Shown here: in pieces, positions 1 to 9,626 of the stretch
Layout of the letters: every line of letters starts with the position of its first letter
How positions within the stretch are numbered: position 1 is the first letter of the stretch
DNA from: a virus
Virus record (IMG/VR): IMGVR_UViG_3300009601_000004
Coordinates: 28,737 to 92,736 of that record
Length of the DNA stretch: 64,000 bases
Reading direction: 5' to 3' (one strand)
Translations under genes and position numbers: made by a program
Notes under the pieces: generated by a model
The model's input: only the letters and a program-made list of their open reading frames with translations
What the model was told of the DNA's origin: nothing
Databases searched by the model: none

Positions 1-472
1 TAAACCACGCGGAAGTGCCCCAGTGAGCGCGGGTGACGGTGGACCCGTCGCGATGTGCGCGAAGTGTGGCAATAAGCTGACCGCGTACGAGGAGTACATG
101 CACTGCCCCGTTGAAGATGACCTCCAAGCACAACACGCGCGTGTGCCACTGGGCAAGGGTGTGCGGTTGCGCCGGTTGTCCGCGGAAGAGGCAACGCCAG
201 GCAAACCAGAGAACGCTATCAAGGGCATACAACAGGCGAACTTCTGGCGCATAGCCGTGCTGCCGGACGGTGCCGAAGTGCCCGTGTGGCGCGATTACAA
301 GAAGCGTGGCTACAGCTACGTCCTGCCTAGCGGTGAGCAGTGCCTTGTGCGCGGCGGCACTGTCCGGCTGGGCAGAGCAATACTAGGCACGCAAGACCCG
401 TCGTACAGCAGTGTACGGGGTGAACTCGAAGACTTTCCACACTTTCTCGCAACTTAGCAGAGGACATCTACA

Positions 473-3148
473 ATGGCTAAAACCAAGCAACGCTACATCC
501 GCCGCATCGAGGGTGACGTTCAGTCACACATCGACGTAGAGCTAGGACCACGCACACTCATCCACGGACGCAACGCGACGGGCAAAGACAGCATCGTGCG
601 CACTCTCACACTCGCGCTGCGTGGCGCTGTAGACGACATGGCTGGACGGGACGACGTCAAGGCTGCACACGTCCTCTCTGGCCTCGCACCGGGCCGCATT
701 GGCACGCTTCGTGCCCGTGCGCTCGATAACCTGGGAGACACCGCCAGCTTCATCATGGACGTACCGGAGCCAGGCAAGACGAAAGGGCTAAAGCACGAAC
801 CTCTCAAGGGTGTGCTCTGCCCTGTCGTCGACTTGCGCGAGCATCTTCTGGCTGGGCCTGAGCCGCGTCGTCGGTGGCTACTCGGTATCATCGGCACCGA
901 CATGACGGAGGAGCGCATACGGGCATTGATTCCGGGGCCCCTGCTGTCCGAATACACCGCAGTACACACCGCCGTGCGCATTGCGCTTAAGGGCGCACGA
1001 GGCGCCACAGACCTCACACCGGTTGAGCTGCTCACCAAGGTTCGCGGCGAAGCGGCCACGCGTAAGAGCGGGGCCGCACGGGACCGCAAAGCGCACCTAG
1101 CCATCGCCGCTGTGGGTGGTTCAAACGTCCCAGTGCCTGCGGCGAGCGAGCTGGAAGGGCTCAAGATGGAGATGGAGCAAGCGCAGGCCCTACTCGGACA
1201 AGTGCCTGCCGTAGTGGAAGCGGCGGCGCTGCCTACCCTTGTCAGCACACATGAGGTCTCGCAGCTGCCTGTGCTGGATACGCTGGCACACGGCACAGAT
1301 TTGCGGGCAAAGGACGCACGCGTGAAGGCCGACGCCATCCAAGAGTGGTTGTATCAAAACCCGGAGCCGTCGCTTGAGGATGTCGACGCCGCACGCAGAG
1401 CCATCGAGGTGCAAGGTGCGCTGAAGATGGTCGCAGCTGCGCAGATCGAGGCGGTCACAGCTGGCCGCATTCATTCCTGTGTACTCTGCGGTGGCGGGCA
1501 GTCCGTACAAGGCACGGACATCGTCTTGGGTACGGATTCGCTGGACTACGCAGACAACGCCATCCGCTCCGCCGATGGTGTCATCGGGCAATGGCAGGGG
1601 ATCCTTGACATTGTGAAGACCCGCACAGCAAACGCCGGGTACCTGTCCCAGTGGAACACGCAGATTGCCACGCTGGAAGGGCAAGCGGCACGCACTCGTG
1701 TAACAGCGGCCGACATCCGTAAGCGCCAGCACGAGCAAGAGAACCAGCGCGCCCATGCACGCACACAGCAGACCACTGGCGACGCCGCCGCACTGGGTGG
1801 CGCTCGTAATGAGCTGGAGGTGTCGCTTCGCAAGGCTACGGAAGACTACGTCCGCGCGAAAGGGGCATTTGACGCCAACGCCAACGTGCGTAGGGCGCAG
1901 AGTCAGGCAACTGTCGCACAGTCGGATGAGGACAAGTACAAGCGTCTTGTTGAGGCGCTAGACAAGGTCGTCGGCGAGGTCTTGCACCAAGCCAAGGATC
2001 TGTTTGTCCAGCAGGTGCGGTCGTTCATGCCAGAGCGTAAGGACATGCCAGGGGCCGAACGTATCGGCGGCGGTGGGATGTTTGAGATCAGCTTGAATGA
2101 GGGCAAGCGTGAGGTTTGCGACATCGGACTGCTCAAGGCGGCGGACGAAGGCGGCAACCCTTACGTCGCGACATCCTTGTCGGGTGCCGAAGAGGTCATC
2201 GTGCGTACCGCCATGGCGTGTGCGCTGGGCGTCCGTAATGGTTCCGACCTTGTTGTCGTGACGCTCAACGAGCGCGGCATCCACCCTGACGACCTTGGGC
2301 CGGCGATGCGTGCGCTCTCCAAGGCCCCCTGTCAGATCATCTGGACCAACACCCTGCCGCCGAAAGGCCGCAAGCCCGCTGGCTGGACCATCATTGACAC
2401 CGGCAAGATGGTTGCACCCTCAGAGCCCTTCGAGGCTGATGCTGCTCTGACATCGGTGGAGACGGAAGCAAAGGCTGCGGCCAAAGATGCCGCGTCACTA
2501 GCCGCTGCAGAAGCGCGCGATGACGGGATGAACGCGCAGGAAGTCCGCGAGGCCGCCGCCGATGCTGCGAAGGCGGCGGAAGCGGAAGTACGCGGCGACG
2601 TCATCAAGTCGTTGCTACCCTTCTGGGCGCAAGACCTCGGTCGTGGGATGCCGACACTCGCGCTCAAGGGGCCTGTGACTGACGTCGTCTCGCTGGCCTA
2701 CCCGTCGTCTGGGGGCATCTGCGATTCCCATCAAGTGACAGAGGGCACCGAGATCACCACCGTGTGGCACCGCTTCAACAACGGGCTGGTGTGCCGTACT
2801 GCGCCTGGTCGGCTGTTGATGTTCAGTGGCCGCTGCCCTGACCCAACAGCTGCCGAGCCTCCCAGTGTGCCGGTGTGGGCTGGGGAGGTGGAGTCGGGGC
2901 CTTCGCTCTTTGTTGTGCAGGGCAAAGAGCCAGACATGCAAGCAGTGCTGACCGCCAGTGAGATGGGTGACTACGTCGTCGAAGTGGCCTACAACAAGTG
3001 GGAACGCCTGCAAACAGGCGTCGTGCTCTGGAAAGGCAACAAGGCCACATCGGTGCTTACCGGCACGTCGCGCGTCGCACCTGGACAGGTGGCCGAAGTT
3101 CGCGCACAGGTCGGTCGACAGACCGCCGGTCTCGAAGGAGGTGGTTGA
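473..3148 (+). CDS. Rad50/SbcC-like SMC-type ATPase with C-terminal extension
   Basis: Walker A GRNATGKDS near the N-terminus, long Ala/Gln-rich coiled coils, central CVLC (zinc-hook-like), ABC signature-like LSGAE, degenerate Walker B VVTLNE. Confidence 0.7.
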   Translation: MAKTKQRYIRRIEGDVQSHIDVELGPRTLIHGRNATGKDSIVRTLTLALRGAVDDMAGRDDVKAAHVLSGLAPGRIGTLRARALDNLGDTASFIMDVPEPGKTKGLKHEPLKGVLCPVVDLREHLLAGPEPRRRWLLGIIGTDMTEERIRALIPGPLLSEYTAVHTAVRIALKGARGATDLTPVELLTKVRGEAATRKSGAARDRKAHLAIAAVGGSNVPVPAASELEGLKMEMEQAQALLGQVPAVVEAAALPTLVSTHEVSQLPVLDTLAHGTDLRAKDARVKADAIQEWLYQNPEPSLEDVDAARRAIEVQGALKMVAAAQIEAVTAGRIHSCVLCGGGQSVQGTDIVLGTDSLDYADNAIRSADGVIGQWQGILDIVKTRTANAGYLSQWNTQIATLEGQAARTRVTAADIRKRQHEQENQRAHARTQQTTGDAAALGGARNELEVSLRKATEDYVRAKGAFDANANVRRAQSQATVAQSDEDKYKRLVEALDKVVGEVLHQAKDLFVQQVRSFMPERKDMPGAERIGGGGMFEISLNEGKREVCDIGLLKAADEGGNPYVATSLSGAEEVIVRTAMACALGVRNGSDLVVVTLNERGIHPDDLGPAMRALSKAPCQIIWTNTLPPKGRKPAGWTIIDTGKMVAPSEPFEADAALTSVETEAKAAAKDAASLAAAEARDDGMNAQEVREAAADAAKAAEAEVRGDVIKSLLPFWAQDLGRGMPTLALKGPVTDVVSLAYPSSGGICDSHQVTEGTEITTVWHRFNNGLVCRTAPGRLLMFSGRCPDPTAAEPPSVPVWAGEVESGPSLFVVQGKEPDMQAVLTASEMGDYVVEVAYNKWERLQTGVVLWKGNKATSVLTGTSRVAPGQVAEVRAQVGRQTAGLEGGG

Positions 3149-4479
3149 TGCCGTGGGTAGAGGACAGCAGCGCGCCGGTAGAGACCTACCGCCACGGAGA
3201 CGGTCTCAGTCTGCGTTGGGGCCGTGAAAGCTGGTCCTTGCTGGTCTGGCGCTTGCCTCTGGGCACGGGGATTATCACTACCCTTCAGTTGGATCCGAAA
3301 CTCGCGGAAGCCTCGGGACTCGCGGCACTCGCGGCACTCGCGGAAAAAGAGCTAGACACCAGGCAAGAGGGTGACACCGTCCCGTGCGCGGCCACCAACC
3401 GCTCTTGGACACTGCGCTATGACGAGAGCATTGACGGCGTAGACGGTAGCGGTGGCTGGGTCTGGCTTGACGGTAGCGGTGGGTCATACAACCCTGGGGT
3501 AGCACAGCGTAAACACCCACTCGTCGCTTACTTGCGCCTGCAAGACCAGACCAGACGCTACTGGGGGCCTTCCACCACGCAGCTCGCGCACGATGCAAGC
3601 CCGTGGAAGGACGAAGAGACGGGGGCGGGTACGCCTACTGTGCAGCCGGCAGCGGAGGAGGTGCTCGCCGACGCACTCAAGGCCGAGACCCGCAGAGGCT
3701 GGCAAACGCTGCAAGATGGTCGAGCCTACCGCCAGGTAGGTGACACACACTGGGCCATCATCACGGTTGCAGACATCGACGATGGCGTCCGCTTTGGATT
3801 GTGGGCGCTGTACCGCGATGGATGCCATGTACTGGATGTGGGGACAGGGCACACCGACACAGTAGAGCAACGTACAGCGTGGGGGGATGCGTACATTGCT
3901 ACAGTCCACAGCGCTAAGTGGGCAATCTCCTCGGATGGCACAGCGCTCTACATTGACTTTACAGGGGCGCTCACGTGGACAATCTCGAAAGTGGCCGGTA
4001 GCATTTGGGCGCTGCACTGCAACGGCAAGCGTCTTTCGGACATTGTTCCAGGGCACACAGGAACGGCTCGACAGCGCATCGAGTGGGCGGATGAGCACAT
4101 CCAGCAGCTAGAGGCCATGCAGCGCGAAGACGGGGCAGCAGACGCACAAGAGAGCGCCATCAATCCCAGCCACTACAAGGACCGCGACGTCTCCGAGTGC
4201 ATCGACATCGTGCGCGCCATTACCTGGGATCCTGAAGAGGTCGCCTGTGCCGTGGCCGCCAACCTTGGCGATGGTGCTGCCCCCGATACGAAGTCTGTGG
4301 CCTTCGCTGACCATTGCCGACTCGACGCATTCAAGTACGTGTTCCGCGCAGGTGACAAGGTGCTACCCGGTGAAAACGTCCACGACGCCATCGTTCGCGA
4401 CCTCGGTAAAGCGGTCTGGTACCTCCAGAAAGCTCTGCATGAGTTGGGTGCCGGCGACGACCCTCGGGATGGCACATGA
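3148..4479 (+). CDS. Protein with internal tandem domain and C-terminal DUF3310-like domain
   Basis: C-terminal INPSHY..ECID..AFKY..RAG.K..DL.KA.WYL pattern; start moved to ATG 3148, overlapping the upstream stop. Confidence 0.65.
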   Translation: MPWVEDSSAPVETYRHGDGLSLRWGRESWSLLVWRLPLGTGIITTLQLDPKLAEASGLAALAALAEKELDTRQEGDTVPCAATNRSWTLRYDESIDGVDGSGGWVWLDGSGGSYNPGVAQRKHPLVAYLRLQDQTRRYWGPSTTQLAHDASPWKDEETGAGTPTVQPAAEEVLADALKAETRRGWQTLQDGRAYRQVGDTHWAIITVADIDDGVRFGLWALYRDGCHVLDVGTGHTDTVEQRTAWGDAYIATVHSAKWAISSDGTALYIDFTGALTWTISKVAGSIWALHCNGKRLSDIVPGHTGTARQRIEWADEHIQQLEAMQREDGAADAQESAINPSHYKDRDVSECIDIVRAITWDPEEVACAVAANLGDGAAPDTKSVAFADHCRLDAFKYVFRAGDKVLPGENVHDAIVRDLGKAVWYLQKALHELGAGDDPRDGT

Positions 4480-5183
4480 ACGCCCGCGACCGCCGCACGC
4501 TTCGCCGTACCGTGCGACGCCGTCTAATCGAAATGGGCGTACAGCCAATGGCCGAAGACATGAGGAGCATGACCTTTTCCTCGGCTTGTGTTGTACGCAA
4601 TTCGATGCAGCAAAACCTGTGGATTCGCCGTAAGGTGCAAGAGGACAAACGGCCTAAGTTCCAGGCGCGGCCAGGTCACGGGTCGCCTTCCACTTCCCGT
4701 AAGTGGGGCCACTTGATGAATCATTTGGGGAAGCTACAGCTCCTGCGGACTTTCCAGCGTCACGCCCCTGCCTTCCCTGAAGGCACGCAGGTGGAGTACA
4801 CCCGCAAAGACGGCACCACAGTCACGGGCACGACTGACACATACTACCCGCAGAGCGTGCTAAATGACTACGGCGCCGTGTTGGTGAAAGGCCCTGCGTA
4901 CCGGCTCAAGCTCACCCCAGAAGACGCCAAGCGTGTTGGCCACCCTGTCACGGTCACTGCGTCCCGCCTCCGCGTCGTCATCACCCTTGACCCCGTGGGC
5001 TGCGACTTTGACCTGAGTACGCACGACTTTGACACCGTGCCTCGCGTCCGGTGTGATGAGCCCGTACTCGGTGACCTGCGCGTCTGCTACGACCACGCCA
5101 AGCTGTGCCCAGAGTGCCGCGAGGAGCCCGTCAACCCCGGCGAGACCTGCAACCCCTGCCCTGTTTACCTGGATGAGCCATGA
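4476..5183 (+). CDS. Hypothetical protein with C-terminal Cys-rich (zinc finger-like) tail
   Basis: ATGA overlap coupling; CPEC..CNPC. Confidence 0.55.
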   Translation: MNARDRRTLRRTVRRRLIEMGVQPMAEDMRSMTFSSACVVRNSMQQNLWIRRKVQEDKRPKFQARPGHGSPSTSRKWGHLMNHLGKLQLLRTFQRHAPAFPEGTQVEYTRKDGTTVTGTTDTYYPQSVLNDYGAVLVKGPAYRLKLTPEDAKRVGHPVTVTASRLRVVITLDPVGCDFDLSTHDFDTVPRVRCDEPVLGDLRVCYDHAKLCPECREEPVNPGETCNPCPVYLDEP

Positions 5184-5584
5184 AGACAACGCACACCCGC
5201 GAGTTGTTCCGCGTGCGTGGCTTGTCAGCCACGGCCATCACCGTGCCCATAGATACATCCTGGGTTGTCACCGGCTTTCGCCCTATACGGGCTAACCGGC
5301 CCCTAGTGATCTATGAGACAGCAAACACGCGCGTTGAGCTTCTCTCCACGCCTGATGGGAAGTTGTGGCACCCCACGCATGACGACCTGAACACGGTGCA
5401 TCGACTGCAGCCGTGGGCTGTACCTGCGGGGGTCACATTCACCCTGCGCATTGAGGAGCGTGGGTCGTCGTTGGCTTCTCCCCTTATCACGGATCACCCG
5501 CCCCTTGTGGGCGCAAGTGGGGGCGGAGGGCGGTACACTTTCTACGGGGAAGAGACCACTATTTTGCAGGGGGATACCTACTGA
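5180..5584 (+). CDS. Hypothetical protein
   Basis: ATGA overlap with upstream gene. Confidence 0.5.
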   Translation: MKTTHTRELFRVRGLSATAITVPIDTSWVVTGFRPIRANRPLVIYETANTRVELLSTPDGKLWHPTHDDLNTVHRLQPWAVPAGVTFTLRIEERGSSLASPLITDHPPLVGASGGGGRYTFYGEETTILQGDTY

Positions 5585-5630
5585 TGACCAAGCCAATACC
5601 ACGCCACATTTTCGACCCTTGGAGCCCCTA

Positions 5631-5963
5631 ATGAGCCGTGAGACACAACCGACGTGGGCAAGTCTCCAGGGTGCCGCGATACTTGCTTTTGTTGTGGGTG
5701 CCGCAAGCTGCTCGTTGGTCTGGTTAGCGGTCACCACACACCCCATGCCAGCGCACCCCGACACGCCGACCATTCCTTTTCACCTCGAAGCTCACAGCGC
5801 CGTAGACTGGGTGGAGCATCAGGGCGAGCTGGTTCGCATCCGCGACGTAGAGAATGACCTGCTGTGTTGGGTGACTGTCCGGCTGGACGGCGACCCGATG
5901 AGCATGTGGTGTTCACCTGGTTGGGCACTTGAAGAACCGGGAGACGCAGACGATGAGCAGTAG
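5631..5963 (+). CDS. Small membrane-anchored hypothetical protein
   Basis: GGAG RBS; N-terminal hydrophobic helix AAILAFVVGAASCSLVWLAV. Confidence 0.5.
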   Translation: MSRETQPTWASLQGAAILAFVVGAASCSLVWLAVTTHPMPAHPDTPTIPFHLEAHSAVDWVEHQGELVRIRDVENDLLCWVTVRLDGDPMSMWCSPGWALEEPGDADDEQ

Positions 5964-6366
5964 TAATTGGACATACGCAGAGAGCCCAGACACCGCCGCA
6001 AAGGCTCGTGGGGAAGGCTTCTTAGCCATTCGGCACACTCGCACCTGTGAGTGTCGAATCGTGCTTCACGGGCCGTCTCGTTCTGCCCTCGCGGACGCAG
6101 CTCACGAGGTAGACCGCGGCTTAGACTTGCGCGGCGAGCCGCAGCGCCTCACTCGCGCGAATTGGACGGGCCGCCCCACTGTAGAGGTGCCTACGCCGAA
6201 GGGCGCTGTTGTCGTCACGGGCCTCCGCTTGGTGGAGCCAGAGCCTTCAGTTGCTGGGGAGCCCTGTGGGGTGTGTTTGTCGCCCAACACCGAAATACTT
6301 GGGGACTACACTGATTGTGTCGACTGCGGCGCCTGCAGCTTGGACCCTGACTGGGTTGAAGCGTGA
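5953..6366 (+). CDS. Hypothetical protein with C-terminal zinc ribbon
   Basis: CGVC..CVDC; overlaps neighbours in operon fashion. Confidence 0.5.
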   Translation: MSSSNWTYAESPDTAAKARGEGFLAIRHTRTCECRIVLHGPSRSALADAAHEVDRGLDLRGEPQRLTRANWTGRPTVEVPTPKGAVVVTGLRLVEPEPSVAGEPCGVCLSPNTEILGDYTDCVDCGACSLDPDWVEA

Positions 6367-6544
6367 GCGACGCCCCCGAAGAGGTCCGCAAGCCGGCAAG
6401 GCCGGTTACTTTCGAGGGTGTGAGTTACCCTAGTGTGGGAGCGTTTGCGCGTTTCTACCGAGGGCATGAAGCGGGTCGGTTAACCAAACGTCAGCGCAAT
6501 CGAGCGCTGGACGCACTGCGTGAAAACGCCAAAAAGGGAGGCAC

Positions 6545-7093
6545 TTGATGCCAACAGGACCATTCTCACCCGGAAAGTTTCCACCGATTGACGGGCTCCC
6601 GCCTATCACGCAAGACGATGCAGAGGCCTTCGAGCAGGAGACTCACAGCAGCTTGGTTGAGTCGGGCTTGTCAACCATCATAGCCGTCGCGCAGGCAGCA
6701 CAGGCTGGCCGTATGCCCCTCACGCGGGCACTCGGTCTCATCCAAGGCACCGCAGAGCAGTACCGCAACCTTGCCAATCTCTACGCTGCGGGAGAACCCG
6801 AGTTTGAGAAGGACGGCTATGGTGGGGGCCTAGTGCGCCGACGTCGGCCTGAAAATGCGGGAGGGCTCGCGGGCATACCACACGAGCTGACGGGTATGCT
6901 GGAGGGCCAGGCCGAAGCGGTCAACATCAGCGCGCTCACTTCTATCCTGAAGTCTGACGCTTCCGAGGACGCGAAGGCCGTGGCTAGTGCCCGCCTTGAC
7001 GCTCTACTCTTGCCAGTGCCTGCTACGTGGACGCCGGCACCGTCCGAAGCCCTGCTTACCCCGCTACCCCCTGAACAACCCGAGGACGCTTAA
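6545..7093 (+). CDS. Hypothetical protein
   Basis: GGAGG RBS; operon packing. Confidence 0.55.
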   Translation: MMPTGPFSPGKFPPIDGLPPITQDDAEAFEQETHSSLVESGLSTIIAVAQAAQAGRMPLTRALGLIQGTAEQYRNLANLYAAGEPEFEKDGYGGGLVRRRRPENAGGLAGIPHELTGMLEGQAEAVNISALTSILKSDASEDAKAVASARLDALLLPVPATWTPAPSEALLTPLPPEQPEDA

Positions 7094-7816
7094 ATGCACT
7101 GGTTCATCCCATCGAGTACCGGGGACTTCCGCTTGGAGTCCATCAAGGACAACACGAGCTGCAAGCTCACAGTGAACGACCCGACGACCTTCGAGTACGG
7201 CGAGATACTGACACCGTTCATTACCAAGATGCGCAAAGCCTCCTGGATTGACGACGCCGACGGAGTCGCCCGCAAAGGCAAGACTGTCCTCAAGATCAAG
7301 GCATCGATCCAGACGATTGGTGCCATCCTCGCGAGCATCGTGACCGAGTCCCGTGGTGAGACGTGGACAGCCATCCGCAGCGAGGGCGGGAAGGTGACGC
7401 TCTTGTCAGAGTCTACGGACCCTGGGAAGGCCATTGAGTCCGCACCCGATACCATAGCGGCTGTGACGGTTAAGAAGCCTCGACGGGGGTGCCCAGCACC
7501 GGAGGATGCAAACATCCGTGCGTCCCAAGTGCTTCGCACGTTCAGCACAGAAGTCCAGTGGTTGGACTTCTTGGCGACGGGCACCATGAAGCTCATCGGC
7601 AACGCCACAGGTCGTGCATACCGCGTGTTCCATCGCAAGCGCGCAGTCGAACGCCGGCTAGGTCACTTGCTGGTCGACGACACGGGCGACGAGGTCTGTG
7701 TGTGGGATGACACCATCCCCGCTGAAGAGGAGATGCTCGCCATCAAACTGGCTGTGGAGCACCGCGAGGCGTGGCTCATGAGCGGTCACCTTGGTGGTGG
7801 CTTGGCGCTGATCTAG
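7094..7816 (+). CDS. Hypothetical protein
   Basis: Abuts upstream stop; protein-like composition. Confidence 0.6.
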   Translation: MHWFIPSSTGDFRLESIKDNTSCKLTVNDPTTFEYGEILTPFITKMRKASWIDDADGVARKGKTVLKIKASIQTIGAILASIVTESRGETWTAIRSEGGKVTLLSESTDPGKAIESAPDTIAAVTVKKPRRGCPAPEDANIRASQVLRTFSTEVQWLDFLATGTMKLIGNATGRAYRVFHRKRAVERRLGHLLVDDTGDEVCVWDDTIPAEEEMLAIKLAVEHREAWLMSGHLGGGLALI

Positions 7817-8037
7817 TGCCTCGGTACGAGTACCGGTGTGGTGAGTGCGGACACGTCCAAGACCTGTTCGGCATTCCTGTGTCGAGGCGAGATGAGCCCG
7901 TGATGTGCAACGCATCAGCTGCCCACCCTGACACGGGCGCTCCCGTCCGCTGTGTGCGACTTGTCGCGGTCACAGGGGGATTCTCGCTCAAGGGCGGCGG
8001 CTGGTACAAAGACGGTTACCAAAAGGACAAGCCATGA
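7816..8037 (+). CDS. FmdB-family zinc-ribbon protein
   Basis: PRYEYRCGECG ... F.LKGGGWYKDGY signature; GTG start. Confidence 0.8.
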   Translation: MPRYEYRCGECGHVQDLFGIPVSRRDEPVMCNASAAHPDTGAPVRCVRLVAVTGGFSLKGGGWYKDGYQKDKP

Positions 8038-8700
8038 ATACATTTGCAACCATTTATGCCCTGGGGATGGCCTGGGGCGGGCTTCACACGGTGTGGCAGA
8101 TTCACACGGGTAGGAGCGTCCTAGACACCGACCGAGCCGTCGTGAAAGTCTTACCGCTCACACGGCAGCAGATGATCCAAACCCTCGTGTTCGGTTCGGC
8201 GGTTCTTTGGCCCGCGTTGCTTGTGGCCATCCTGTTCAACCTGTGGTCCCGGTTGTCTGCTTGGGTGCATAGTTGAAGGGGCGCAAACGGGCACTAGAGG
8301 CCTTGCGCTACTTTTCAGGCCAGATGTTTCTGGCGGAGGTCGAGGCGCGAGCCGAAGGCGACGCAGACGGGCAGAAGCTACTCACGGCGCTGGGTATTCA
8401 CTGTCAAAAGCAGATGAGCGAAACGGCGCGCACCTTAGCTGATGAGGTACCCGATGCGCCGGAGTAGGCGCCACTGGGTAAAGCTGGCATCGTTTCTGTA
8501 CGAGCGCCACGATGGGCTGCGGGTGCATATCGGTGGATTTATCCGTGCAGCTGACAGGACACACCTGTGGTCGGTTTACCGGCTCGATGACTTGATGCTC
8601 CCGGCGTGGAAAGCTGCGAAGGCGCGAGAGCCTAAGAGCCGCCGCGCATTGCTTCGCCTTGCGGATGACCTGTGGCCTGCGCCTGTGGAAGAGCCGAAAC

Positions 8701-9225
8701 ATGCCTAGTTGGCCCAAGGAAAAGCTAGACAAGTGGGTGACTGTTTACACGGACGCAGGGTTTCACGAAGGGAGGGCTCGTGTTGCGTACTTGGCGCGCA
8801 CGAGCCTGACACCTAGATGGTTCGACAATGCTCGTGACTGCCAATGCACCGACGTGCAAGCGGCTGAAACTATCGCCATATGGTTCGCGCTCAACGAAGT
8901 ACACCGGGTGTTCCCTGACCCCGCGACCATCGAAGGGCTGTTCGTGCGTACGGACAACAAGTGGGTCGCAGAGCTTGTGGGTGCCAAGACAAAGTCCCAG
9001 CGTAAGCATTACCTTCGGCGAGCTTTGAAGGGCCAGCTTCAAACCGATCTGCACACCGCGCTGAAAGGCGTGTTCAATGCTGCTGACCACTACGGGTACG
9101 AACTGCGGGTAAAGCATGTGTTCGCGCACGGGAGAGCTAACGACCCGACAGCGCGGTGGATGAATGACCAGGCCGACAGGTTGGCAAATTTACGATCGAA
9201 GGAGCGACAAAATGCCGCTAACTAA
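8701..9225 (+). CDS. RNase HI-like protein
   Basis: VYTDAG, AAET.AI, RTDN, KHV.AH, N..ADRLA match the RNase HI D-E-D-H-D layout. Confidence 0.75.
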   Translation: MPSWPKEKLDKWVTVYTDAGFHEGRARVAYLARTSLTPRWFDNARDCQCTDVQAAETIAIWFALNEVHRVFPDPATIEGLFVRTDNKWVAELVGAKTKSQRKHYLRRALKGQLQTDLHTALKGVFNAADHYGYELRVKHVFAHGRANDPTARWMNDQADRLANLRSKERQNAAN

Positions 9226-9626
9226 GTGCTGGCCTCTACAGTTGGCTTGGCTTCTACCTCTTCGGCCCGCAGACCCGTGGGGCTTGCGGCAAACGTCCGT
9301 CGCGCTTAGCCGTGCCATGCTTGCAGCAAACCCCGAGTGGTACCGCCTGTTCGGTCTACCCAAAGGATGGACAAAGCATGTGCCGCAGTCTACCTATGAG
9401 GAGCTACTGAGCCTGGCAGCGAGACGGCCCTAGCTCCACAGGGACGGTAGCTAGGCCCAGTAGCCAGCATCACGGTGGCGGTTCATCGCTAGTTGCGCTG
9501 CGAGTATACGCTTGCCGTCTTTGCTGCGTTTGGCTTCGAGCAACGCGCGGTAGAGAATGCGGCGCTTAGCAAGGTACTCCGCGTGGAACTTCAGGTATTT
9601 CGGGTCAGCGCTGCCATACTTCTTGC

